A stretch of 64,000 nt of DNA. Source: Candidatus Poribacteria bacterium. GTDB taxonomy: Bacteria > Poribacteria > WGA-4E > WGA-3G. Positions 30,234-39,412 of this stretch are shown here, one piece after another. The translations under genes were made by a program, and so were the position numbers. Numbering within the stretch: position 1 is the first letter of the stretch; each line of letters begins with the position of its first letter. The stretch is taken from assembly GCA_965198235.1 (NCBI GenBank), contig OZ240248.1:2528001-2592000 (forward strand), in the 5' to 3' direction. The notes beneath the pieces are model-generated. The model did no database searches. It worked only from the letters and a program-made list of their open reading frames with translations, and was not told the DNA's origin.

Positions 30234-31022
30234 CTATCGGCTATGGTCGACATCCTTGGTATGGAGTGTCACCACCTCTGCGAACCCCGGGGAATGTTTA
30301 GCGTCGTGGCATTGCAAACAGAGACCTGTATCCGCACCGCTACGGATGTTGCTCTTTTTCGGATTGCCCACGTGCTGTTTGCCAGGACCGTGACAGGTCT
30401 CACACTGCACGCCTTTGAGCGTTGAATCCTGATCGCCTATCTGAAAACCCGTTGAATAACCGAGTCCAGTGGCATGGCAGGAGACACACCCTGCATCGAA
30501 ATAGCGTTCTTTTTTTAGAAGGGTTTCATAGGCGAAAGTGTGACGCGTTGCTGACCATTGGAGGTATTCTTGCTGATGACACCGCTGACACGCCGTCGCC
30601 GAGACATACCCGTTTTGTGGGTCTCGTTCCAAATGTTGGTTCGCAAACAGAGGTGTGCGGGTTCTTCGGTCTTGGGAGATCTCTTGGTAAAAGTCAGTTA
30701 GCAATTGACGCACCGATTCGGATTCCTCTACATCGCCTGTTAATGACAATGGGGTCGCGTAATGGCGTGTGAGTTCTCCATCTGAATCTATCCAAAGTGC
30801 TAAAAATCCTAACGTTTTGCCTTCAGGTTTGGAGCCAACGTAAAGCGTTCCACTCTCAGACTTCGTTATTTCAAGTTCGTCGGGCTGGATCACGACATCA
30901 ATGTGCTTCGACACTTCGACATTGCCCAAAGCCACAACAACATCTGCTTGTGATACTGCTTGCTCCTGGACGACATCAGCGACAAAAGCAATTGTCCGCT
31001 GTCCAACTTGTTTGATAAGGTG
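30234..31022 (-). pseudogene. 5'-truncated tetraheme c-type cytochrome (c554-like) with a UshA-like remnant
   Basis: CQRCH, CVSCH, CETCH, CLQCH; plausible sequence begins near HLIKQVGQRTIAFV, upstream belongs to another gene. Confidence 0.7.
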
Positions 31023-31450
31023 AGCGTCTCTAATTCTGCATCCTTTGCCAAGTGTATCAGAAGTTGGTAGCGATTTAGATTTGTTACGTAGTCCAGCGAT
31101 GTTTTCTCTTTCGTAAAGTGAAACGGCACCAATAACTTCGGTTTCCGATTCTCCTGTTTCCAACTGTCGGTGGTTTGCTCCACCGCCCCATCTATTGGAC
31201 TTAAAAGTGAGCCTTGCTGTCCAAGCCGTTCCAAGCGTTCAATCCCGTCAAAGATAGAGGTGATCTTATATTTTTCCTTGAGCCCTTCAACGATCTGGTA
31301 TTCCGTCTGAGTCCCATAGCGATCCAGAATCTCCCATTCCACATCATTAACCTGAATGATGTCGTTCGTCTCAAGGTCTGCGACATATTTGCGACCCCCC
31401 TGTTCAAATTTATGGTGACGGTTCAAGCGGTAGCGCGTGTGAAATGCCAT
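31023..31450 (-). pseudogene. 3'-truncated protein with RRE/PqqD-like N-terminal domain and start of a glycosyltransferase domain
   Basis: HKFEQGGRKYVADLETNDIIQVNDVEWEIL + helices, resembling the N-terminus of peptide-modifying radical SAM maturases; TNLNRYQLLIHLAKDAEL aligns with TNMALSYIFQHLTKYADL of the adjacent GT. Confidence 0.6.
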
Positions 31451-31475
31451 AATTAACTTTGCTCCCTTCTGGTAT

Positions 31476-32819
31476 TTAAGCGGTTGCATGGATTAAGCCG
31501 CGAACCCTTTTGAGAATCGCCTTTGCTTCTGCTTCATCCTCGATTAAATCAGCAAGAAGTGCCTCAACTTCTCTCGCAGTATGGTTTTTCAGGAGAGTCA
31601 TCACGAGTCCTTCTTCAACACGCTGAGAATAGAGTACATCTCCCATCAGAGAGCGTTCATAGTGTTTGTTCATACCCAATAGAATGGACTTATATTTTAG
31701 GTGCCGTTGTTCTGAATCTGATGCTTCAATTTCGGTGGCAAAAACATTCAAAAGCCCATTTGGACTAACGAGCTGTCTTTTTCGATGGAGTTCCTCAAAG
31801 AATTGGATAATGCGGCGTGCGGTTTTGTCCCATGTAAACGACAATGCGCGTTCTCTCGCTTTTTGAGAAAGTGCCTCCCGCATCTCATCATCGTTCAACA
31901 GCAGATTAATCTTCTCTGAGAAGTCTATGGGTGATGGATAACTCACGAGTGTTCCTATATCGCTATTAAAATTATCAGCGTCCGCAACCAAGCCTGCATC
32001 TCCAACGACTGAAGGGACACCATCAAAGTCGGGAACGATAGGCGGAACGCCACACGCCATTGCCTCAAGGACTGTCAAGCCGAAGGTCTCCTCACCTGAC
32101 ATTGAAAGGAAACAGTAAACATCAAAAGCGTTGTAGACGAGAGGCAACTTCTCGCGCGGATGGAATCCTGCGTAGACGAGATTATCAGGGAGCTCCCTTG
32201 ATTGATACCTTCCGAAGTGCGGTCCTGCGATTAAAAATAGTAGGTGTGGATTTAGCTCAGCCAGTTTTAAGTAAACGGACGCACCTTTCTCAGACTGCAC
32301 CCGCGAGAGGTAACCGACCGTCGGGGTTGTCATGATTCGATCGTCTCCAACCTCCTCAGCAAGTTCTTTTTTTGCTGCTTCTCTGTCCATTGGACAGAAC
32401 AACGCCGAATCTACGCCGTTGGGTAGGGTGTTGAAGAAGCTCGTGTCCCAGACGTAATCTGCGTAGAATTCACGAACATAATCCGATGGTGCGGTGAAAG
32501 CATCAAAATCTCGCATCGCCGCGTAATGCCGCAGCATAGAATTGATCGCTTTGCCACCATGCCCGCGCGGAGCATGGCATTGCACAAGCATCGGCGGCAG
32601 TTCCGTATACTGATAAAGCGGTAGAAGCCACGTTTCATGGTCGCGATGTAGCGTGAGAATGCCGAAATAGGTTTCGTTAATACTTCGACTCAGTCTGCCG
32701 AAGTCACCCACGCTTATATCAACTTCATGGACGTTATCGGCTAATTTTCGATTTTGGTTGCCAGCAAAGTGGAGGTCTGCATATTTGGTGAGGTGTTGAA
32801 ATATGTAAGAGAGTGCCAT
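31476..32819 (-). CDS. Glycosyltransferase family 4 (GT-B), possibly N-terminally truncated
   Basis: LPNGVD, SRVQSEKG, EETFGLTVLEAMACGVP, FTWDKTA. Confidence 0.88.
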   Translation of the reverse strand: MALSYIFQHLTKYADLHFAGNQNRKLADNVHEVDISVGDFGRLSRSINETYFGILTLHRDHETWLLPLYQYTELPPMLVQCHAPRGHGGKAINSMLRHYAAMRDFDAFTAPSDYVREFYADYVWDTSFFNTLPNGVDSALFCPMDREAAKKELAEEVGDDRIMTTPTVGYLSRVQSEKGASVYLKLAELNPHLLFLIAGPHFGRYQSRELPDNLVYAGFHPREKLPLVYNAFDVYCFLSMSGEETFGLTVLEAMACGVPPIVPDFDGVPSVVGDAGLVADADNFNSDIGTLVSYPSPIDFSEKINLLLNDDEMREALSQKARERALSFTWDKTARRIIQFFEELHRKRQLVSPNGLLNVFATEIEASDSEQRHLKYKSILLGMNKHYERSLMGDVLYSQRVEEGLVMTLLKNHTAREVEALLADLIEDEAEAKAILKRVRGLIHATA

Positions 32820-32853
32820 GTTCGTATCCGTTGTAATTAAAACTTCTGAACTA

Positions 32854-32884
32854 TTAAAGACACAATTTTAGTCTAAAAACGTGC
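32854..32884 (-). promoter_or_regulatory. Putative ECF sigma promoter, copy 2
   Basis: 31/31 identical to 24829-24859; directly upstream of the GT gene. Confidence 0.55.
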
Positions 32885-32980
32885 ATAATCTGAAAAAAAA
32901 TGAAAATTTTTTCTAAAAATTACCAAAAATTGCTTGTAACTGCCGAAAAAAATAAAAAAATCAAATTTTTCTATGATTAT

Positions 32981-33011
32981 GCACGTTTTTCCTCAGAAAT
33001 TGTGTCTTTAA
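32981..33011 (+). promoter_or_regulatory. Putative ECF sigma promoter, copy 3 (divergent)
   Basis: GCACGTTTTT-CCTCAG-AAATTGTGTCTTTAA; differs from copies 1 and 2 only in the central spacer. Confidence 0.55.
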
Positions 33012-33092
33012 TGGCAAGTAAGCGGATAAAGTATTTTTTATGGTGAATTATTGAGATAAGTAGACGTTTCAATAGAAGCGAAAACCCCACCC

Positions 33093-33118
33093 CCGCTGGC
33101 GAGGTTTGTAACCTCGCC
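33093..33118. repeat. Dispersed REP-like palindrome GCTGGCGAGG-n-CCTCGCC
   Basis: Related copies near 51026-51072, 52032-52058, 53682-53703 and 58841-58860. Confidence 0.65.
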
Positions 33119-33297
33119 TCTTTAGAGTGTCTAAATAATTGTAAAATTTACCATAGTTAATCCAACCGAAAAGGAGACTATGGCTGCTGGGTTTAGGAAA
33201 TGTTTTTCGCAGATGAGGAAGTTGTAAAGTATAGGTTTTCAAACATGAAAAAAACACGGGATTCCTTACATTTATGAAGTAAAAAGGAGTCGGAACT

Positions 33298-33765
33298 ATG
33301 CGGATCATCATAGACTTTGAAGATGAATTCAATACGCTTGTCACGCGAGGCCAAATTCAGATTATAGGTTTAAGAGACATAGTGAATAGCATTAAAAAAT
33401 ACACAGAACATACCCGATCGGAAGAGTTTAGATCGGCAATCCATCAGATTGAAGAGAAAATCGCCCCAATTTTGGAGATGTTCTTTAGTATTCCGAATCC
33501 CAAATCTTTTGAATTTACGCAATTATATTGTTTCCAACTTCGAGAAAAATTCAGATGGAAAACCGTGGAATGGGAATACGGAACAGAGAATCAAGTCACC
33601 ACGCAATCAAAAGAGATGTGTAACTATGCACAAATACTCGCCGACCTATACGGCACCAAAATCAGACTCTTACACATTGCAGGTAAATCAACCAAGGGTG
33701 GATTTAAAACAGATGAAAAATCTTATAACCTACTCGGTGTTTACGCTCCCATTAACAACTTATGA
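33298..33765 (+). CDS. Hypothetical protein (AT-rich)
   Basis: 155-aa ORF with RBS AAGGAG; no recognised motif. Confidence 0.6.
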   Translation: MRIIIDFEDEFNTLVTRGQIQIIGLRDIVNSIKKYTEHTRSEEFRSAIHQIEEKIAPILEMFFSIPNPKSFEFTQLYCFQLREKFRWKTVEWEYGTENQVTTQSKEMCNYAQILADLYGTKIRLLHIAGKSTKGGFKTDEKSYNLLGVYAPINNL

Positions 33766-33852
33766 AAACATAACAGCATGTTGATACGAGTAAGAATTCT
33801 GCTTTTATGAAATCTCAGAGAAATAACTTGCAATAAAGGGAAAGGAATCACT

Positions 33853-33972
33853 GTGGGATGTGTCTATATCTTGAAGAATCCGGCTATGCCTGACTTGATA
33901 AAAATCGGACATACAAAAAGAACGGCTCGTGAGCGTGCAAATGAACTCTACACGACAGGTGTTCCAGAACCA
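33853..33972 (+). pseudogene. T5orf172/GIY-YIG protein N-terminal fragment
   Basis: GCVYILKNPAMPDLIKIGHT.R...RA.EL.TTGVP.P, truncated by a transposase fragment. Confidence 0.75.
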
Positions 33973-34402
33973 ATGGTAAGAGGTTGGCAACTGAGTCAAC
34001 ACTTGACACAATCTCTCACATTGAGACCGTTACAACAAGCATTACGTCAAAGCGTTCCAGAGATTCACCATAGTGACCAGGGCGTTCAGTATCTTTCAAC
34101 CGCCTATATCTCCATTCTCACCTGTCATGGGATTGAGATTTCATTAGCGCATAGGGGGCGTCCTTGGGAGAACGGAAACCATGCGGAAAGGCTTATCCGA
34201 ACTCTCAAGGAGGAAGAGGTTCTCCTCAATGAATATGATGATATAATGCAGGCTAAAGCGCGCATCGGGCATTTTATCGGACACGTGTATAACCAGAAAC
34301 GCCCTCACTCGGCGTTAGGGTATTTGACACCTGTTGAATTTGAGAAACAACGCTTGTCTTAACTTTACTGATTTCTGGTCTAAATTAACGGTGGCACTTC
34401 AG
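33973..34402 (+). mobile_element. Truncated IS3-like DDE transposase with right end
   Basis: HHSDQGVQY, PWENG..ER..RTLKEE, YN.KRPHSALGYLTP; end ...GGTGGCACTTCAG. Confidence 0.8.
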
Positions 34403-34462
34403 CTCTAACATTTTGAATAATATCACTGCTAAAGTATTTTCAAGGTGATTAAATCTGAAACA

Positions 34463-35482
34463 TTATTTCCTTTTCACTTCTGCCCATGTTGTGGTTAGCA
34501 AATGTGGCTGCGGTGAAACCGGCAACGCATACGCCGGGTCAAACCAATCCCCACCAGCATTCGCTTGAAAAACACCTCCAATATGTGTCAACTGTGTCCG
34601 AACCCCGCTGCTTATATCCAGTTTGAAAATCTGTAGAGAACCATCAATTTTTTGTGTATAAAGGATTTCTTTGCCATTCGGTGATAACTCAGGACTCGCT
34701 GCCATCGGACCCGCCTCATCGACAAGTTGTTCGAGACCGGTACCATCGCGATTGGCGATATAGATTGTTCGTTTATCAGTCCATCCCTCTGGTAGCTTAT
34801 CGCCCCGCTTGAAGTCTGGCGGCAATGGGTTGTTATTCCAAGTGAAGGTGATTTTGTCCCCCATAGCAGACCAAGAGGGCCTCATTTGGCCCCCCAATTC
34901 TTTTCTCGGTAGGATCCGTTTTTGCGAACCTGTGTGAACGTTGATGAGTGTTATTCGGCCATCTTCAAGAATCGTACAGGCTATTTCCGCACCGTCGGGC
35001 GACCACGCTGGATGCAAACCATTCGCTAAGAAATTCTCTTCTTGTTCTTCTAAGTTCGTAATGTGGATGGCGTATATATCTTTATCCCAGTTGATGTGCA
35101 TGTAAGCGAACTGTTTAGCATCTGGCGACCATGTTGGATAATCCCGATAAGTGCTGCTTCTCTTGAGTTCTTTCTTGAAGAAGCGTCGGATATTGGATCC
35201 GTCAGGAGCCATCAGATATAGGTCTCGCTTACCGTCGCGATCGGAGATGAACAGAATCTGCTCACCGGTCGGAGACCAAACGGCGTGTAGATCGTTTGCG
35301 GGATGTTGTGTGAGTCTCATCTGTTCGCTACCATCAGGGTTCATGATGTATACTTCGCGATTACCATCTCGTGCGGAGGTGAACAGGATTTTAGGGGTTG
35401 TCGGTGCTTTCGCGAAAACCGGAGAGACGTTCGCGCATAGTAGCATCACACTGATTATGTAAAAGAGGCGTATACGTTTCAT
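34463..35482 (-). CDS. Secreted TolB-like (PD40/WD40) beta-propeller, third paralog
   Basis: AKAPTTPKILFTSARDGNREVY, WSPDG repeats; tail WFDPAYALPVSPQPHLLTTTWAEVK. Confidence 0.85.
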   Translation of the reverse strand: MKRIRLFYIISVMLLCANVSPVFAKAPTTPKILFTSARDGNREVYIMNPDGSEQMRLTQHPANDLHAVWSPTGEQILFISDRDGKRDLYLMAPDGSNIRRFFKKELKRSSTYRDYPTWSPDAKQFAYMHINWDKDIYAIHITNLEEQEENFLANGLHPAWSPDGAEIACTILEDGRITLINVHTGSQKRILPRKELGGQMRPSWSAMGDKITFTWNNNPLPPDFKRGDKLPEGWTDKRTIYIANRDGTGLEQLVDEAGPMAASPELSPNGKEILYTQKIDGSLQIFKLDISSGVRTQLTHIGGVFQANAGGDWFDPAYALPVSPQPHLLTTTWAEVKRK

Positions 35483-35511
35483 CTGTATTCCTCCGATAGT
35501 TCTCCAAGAGA

Positions 35512-35584
35512 CTGAAGTGCCAACGCTTATTAGGGCCAAAATTCCGTAAAGTTAAGACAAGTTTTTTCGCTCAAACTCAATAGG
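35512..35584 (-). mobile_element. Second, inverted right-end remnant of the same IS3-like family
   Basis: CTGAAGTGCCA...GTAAAGTTAAGACAAG matches the reverse complement of 34354-34402. Confidence 0.7.
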
Positions 35585-36483
35585 TTAGGACTTACGCAGT
35601 CTGTATTTTTAGAGTCGGTGATTTCAGTTGTTGACATAAATATTCAGAGAGTAATCCATGCTTGACTTGGTAAAGGGTTTGACGGGTTTCATGTGCTTTA
35701 CGCATCAGGTGAATCCACACCAAAAACGCAGCACTGATGTGATTGCGAACAATACGCGGTAGACGACATTGGCATTTTTCAAGTCCTGTCAACTGTTTGG
35801 TTTCCCGATGAAATTGTTCAATCTTCCAGCGGACGTCGCACACCTGTCGGACGACGGACACATCGGATTGACTCAAGTCGTTGGTCACAACATAATCCGT
35901 GCGTCTTGAAGACGCTACCCGGAAAACTTTCACCTTGTGATTTTTCGGAAACTTGTTGAGTTTGACGCGTTTGCCAGAGGTCTGTTCAGCGGGCGTCCAC
36001 TGGAGAGTGTCAATGCGTTGGTAAGGTTTGCTACCCTGAGAATCATCAACGAGACGATTCGATTTCAATGGACAATAATACGTCTTGTCCAGACTCTCAA
36101 TGTAAAGCAGTAGCGATTTGCTGGCATACCACGAATCCATCAACACTGTCGAAAAAGCAACATCGCGAGAGTCTACCAACACCGAGAGCATCTCTCGAAC
36201 ATGATCCAACTTCGATTTACCGGCGCCTTGTTTATCGTAGATGCGATAATCTATCAACCCATATCGGTCTAACGCAGGATTGACGTAGACACACGTCACA
36301 ATGCCTATACCGTTTATCGTTTTCCCAGCGTTGCCGCTATATTGGTGTTTCGCCAAGGCTATCTCTTTGGCATACCGTTTGTCTAAGACGGTATCATCAA
36401 AGATCAGACACCCATCCGGGGTCTGCTCCAAGTGGGATTTGACATGTTCCCAGACGTGGCGGGGTCTGAGACGGTCATTTCGC
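35585..36483 (-). mobile_element. IS701-family transposase, 5'-truncated
   Basis: IFDDTVLDK, QYSGNA, VLMDSWYA, RWKIEQFHRE.KQLTG...CQCR; end TTAGGACTTACGCA; N-terminus missing. Confidence 0.85.
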
Positions 36484-36955
36484 CATCGGATGCTCCTTTC
36501 AGTGAGAGTGGTATTATACCATAATCTTGGTTTAGACTGTGGCCCTAATTTCCGATGGCAGTACACGTTGCGAGTAGTGTCTATTTCTATACAACGGTAT
36601 CTGCAAGGTTCGTTCATTATCAGTTAGAATCTTCTGTCTCAATTATTGGTTCTTACAAGATCCTTGACGCACAGACTGCCGAACTCGAGCAAGCGGATAA
36701 CTTTACCACAACGCATGAATTCAAAGCGGAGTGGGGACGGTTTACAGAGGACTCAGACGCATTATACAGGAATGACCTTGGCCTCGCATCGCGTGATGAG
36801 GCACATCTCCCTGTTGAAGAGATTATGGTGCTTGAAGCGTCGAACGAACTGGCTCGCGAACTCGCTGGAGCTCTGAAAGCGTACGTGCGATAATCTTAGA
36901 TCCTCCTGCATCCTGCCGGACGTTTCAAAGCAAAACATCTATGGCAGAAAGATCA

Positions 36956-38158
36956 TCATATCCCTGAAAAATCTGCCTGTTCAAAGACGGCATTCGTCCC
37001 TACCTCAATTCTAACCGGCGCAAGATAGGAACGGATGGCTTCCGTATCTACACGGACACCGAGTCCAGGTAATTCCTTTACCTTAACCATTCCATCGGAT
37101 TCAACTTGGAACGGTTCCGCTACTAACCGCCGCGACAATTCCGATCCCGCCGCTGGGTATTCTAATAGATTGAAATCAGGGTTCGTTGCAAAGACGTGAA
37201 GTGCTGCCGCAAGACTCAGGTGGCTCTTAAACGTGTGATTAACGTACTGGATACCGTGCTGTTCCGCGAGTTGGCGTACCTGAAAAGAAGGCATAATCCC
37301 GCCAATGCGTCCCGCGTCAATCTGCACGAACTGGATGCCGCCGTGTACGATAATATCTTCTGCCATCCGGTAGGTATTCGATCCTTCACCTGCTGCAATA
37401 CGAACAGGCGGATTCTGGCGAGTTAGCGCACCGTAAGCATCAATGGCATCGGGAGCGAGCGGTTCCTCCAGCCATGTTGGGGAAAATTGCGAGAATGCCT
37501 CAGCACGCTGGTAAACCGTTTCGTGATCACTCCCCCAGACAACACCGGCATCAATCATAATTTGTGCTTCTGTTCCCATGCCTTCACGCGCTGCACACAC
37601 AAGTGCGATGTCGTTTGCCTCGCCGAATTTTCCCATCGGTCCCCAACCGAACTTCGCCGCACGGTATCCTTGCTCGCGTAGCCTTGTTGCAATGCGATAG
37701 GTCGCCTCGGGAGTATCGCCAAAAAGGACAGACGCATACGGCAGTTTAGGGTAGGCTGTGTCAGATGTTCCTGACATCTCGGAGAGGAGACGGTAGATGG
37801 GTTTATTTAACTTCTGCCCAATGACATCCCACAACGCGATTTCGGCACCACTATAAGCATGCTGTATCTGTTGAATATCCAGTCCGTTCCGGAGTGTCTT
37901 TTCACTCAGTCGAAGTACATCATCGGGACCATCAAGTGTTTCGCCAACGAGTGAAGTGCGAATGTTGATGATATTTCCGTGCGACATCGGACAGCAATAA
38001 ACGGTGAGACTCACTAACGGCGAGGCATCACATTCACCCCATCCTTCAAGTCCTGTATCCGTTTGAATACGGACCAAGAGTGTGTCTTGGGTCCCATCCG
38101 CTGCTGCCGTGATGTTGGGCATCCGTAGATAGAACGGATCAACTGCTGTGATCTTCAT
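36956..38158 (-). CDS. Mandelate racemase/muconate lactonizing enzyme family (enolase superfamily)
   Basis: EIALWDVIG, IMIDAG, WLEEPL, IAAGE, PGLGV. Confidence 0.9.
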   Translation of the reverse strand: MKITAVDPFYLRMPNITAAADGTQDTLLVRIQTDTGLEGWGECDASPLVSLTVYCCPMSHGNIINIRTSLVGETLDGPDDVLRLSEKTLRNGLDIQQIQHAYSGAEIALWDVIGQKLNKPIYRLLSEMSGTSDTAYPKLPYASVLFGDTPEATYRIATRLREQGYRAAKFGWGPMGKFGEANDIALVCAAREGMGTEAQIMIDAGVVWGSDHETVYQRAEAFSQFSPTWLEEPLAPDAIDAYGALTRQNPPVRIAAGEGSNTYRMAEDIIVHGGIQFVQIDAGRIGGIMPSFQVRQLAEQHGIQYVNHTFKSHLSLAAALHVFATNPDFNLLEYPAAGSELSRRLVAEPFQVESDGMVKVKELPGLGVRVDTEAIRSYLAPVRIEVGTNAVFEQADFSGI

Positions 38159-38711
38159 TTGCTTCGGGTGTGTCCTCTTCCGATCGCGCATTATCTTCTC
38201 TGGAAACAATCGGAGAGATTGTAGCGTCTATTTGTTGAACCCGCTGAACTGATAGGGTGCGCGCCACTGAGATAAGAAACCATCCAAACAAACCGGCTCC
38301 CGCGCCGAGGCAAATCGCAAGTGCCGCACCTCTTGGTGTCGCAATCCGATCCACAGTCTCTTGACTGAGTTCGCATGAGAGGTTCTTAATATGTTTGACA
38401 GCCACTGTCCGTTTCTCGCCATCTTGGACATACTCAATAGTTGGTGCTGCGTCACCATCTATTTTAATATCGGTGCTCCCTGAGGGCGTGTTAATCTCCA
38501 TCACGTTTTCCCCTGGGTCGCCTACCCAACGCGCTTTCAAACCCTTTATCCCGTCTGCATCACGGATCGGTTCAACACGTGTCCGATACAGCATGCTCCC
38601 TAAAAGAGTTATGGCGATGTCTTTGGATTTTGCTAAAGCCTTTCCCAACTTTTCTGAAATCACGACTTTCTCCAATCGTTTTGATATCCGTTGCCTACAC
38701 AGGGCATGCAC
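38139..38711 (-). CDS. Hypothetical protein with C-terminal TM helix
   Basis: 190-aa ORF; hydrophobic GAALAICLGAGAGLFGWFLI; start uncertain. Confidence 0.5.
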   Translation of the reverse strand: MHALCRQRISKRLEKVVISEKLGKALAKSKDIAITLLGSMLYRTRVEPIRDADGIKGLKARWVGDPGENVMEINTPSGSTDIKIDGDAAPTIEYVQDGEKRTVAVKHIKNLSCELSQETVDRIATPRGAALAICLGAGAGLFGWFLISVARTLSVQRVQQIDATISPIVSREDNARSEEDTPEANEDHSS

Positions 38712-39412
38712 AAATATCTATTTGAATTAAATCCTCTAATTTACCGCATAAGCGATGATAAAATTGCTTAGATGAATTATAGCCGAAAATCTCCTAAATG
38801 TCAAGACCTCTCAGTAATTGGGCCAGAGCCATTTAGTTTTCCATTTTACCCAATCATTTTTTTATCTTCATACAGTTTGCGGTAGAAGTCCCTTTTATCG
38901 AGTTCACGTTAGTATATACCTAAATATCAATATGTTATATACATTGAAACATATCGATAGTTTCACAGTAAGCTCAAAATGTCTTGACACTCTCGATAGG
39001 CGATAAACCCACACTGTGACTGGGTTTATCAAAGGTTAAGTCAAATCCCTAATTTGGGGATTTCACAGTAAACGCAAAAAAATGAGATGCTCCCCAAGAG
39101 GCTCTCACCCTATACCACAACTGGGTTTGTCAGGGGTTAGAAGGCCCGTTTCTCAACTGCTTACTGTGAAATGTTCATAGGATACCGTTGATTGTGAAAT
39201 CTACTGTAATGTCCCTATACTGCATAAAAAACTGTTGACGAATCGGACATTTTGTGCAAAAATATAAAGAGAGTTGTACCTGAGAACAGATGTCTATTAG
39301 ATACACTATAAACAGAGGTTGGTTCTTTGAAGGCTATCCTTTACAGTGTTCTACGGCACCGAAAGTAAAATCCATCTTGTACATTGAACATCGTGCAAAG
39401 AGGAGTTTTCAC

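Noticed and set aside
30234-30236. Pyrrolysine recoding of the in-frame TAG
   Set aside because: No pyl genes in the window and the same gene is already 5'-truncated, so nonsense mutation is more parsimonious
36484-36893. ORF-track N-terminus of the IS701 transposase and ORF 36555-36893 as intact genes
   Set aside because: Transposase similarity begins only near RNDRLRPRHVW; the plus-strand ORF looks like an unassignable C-terminal remnant
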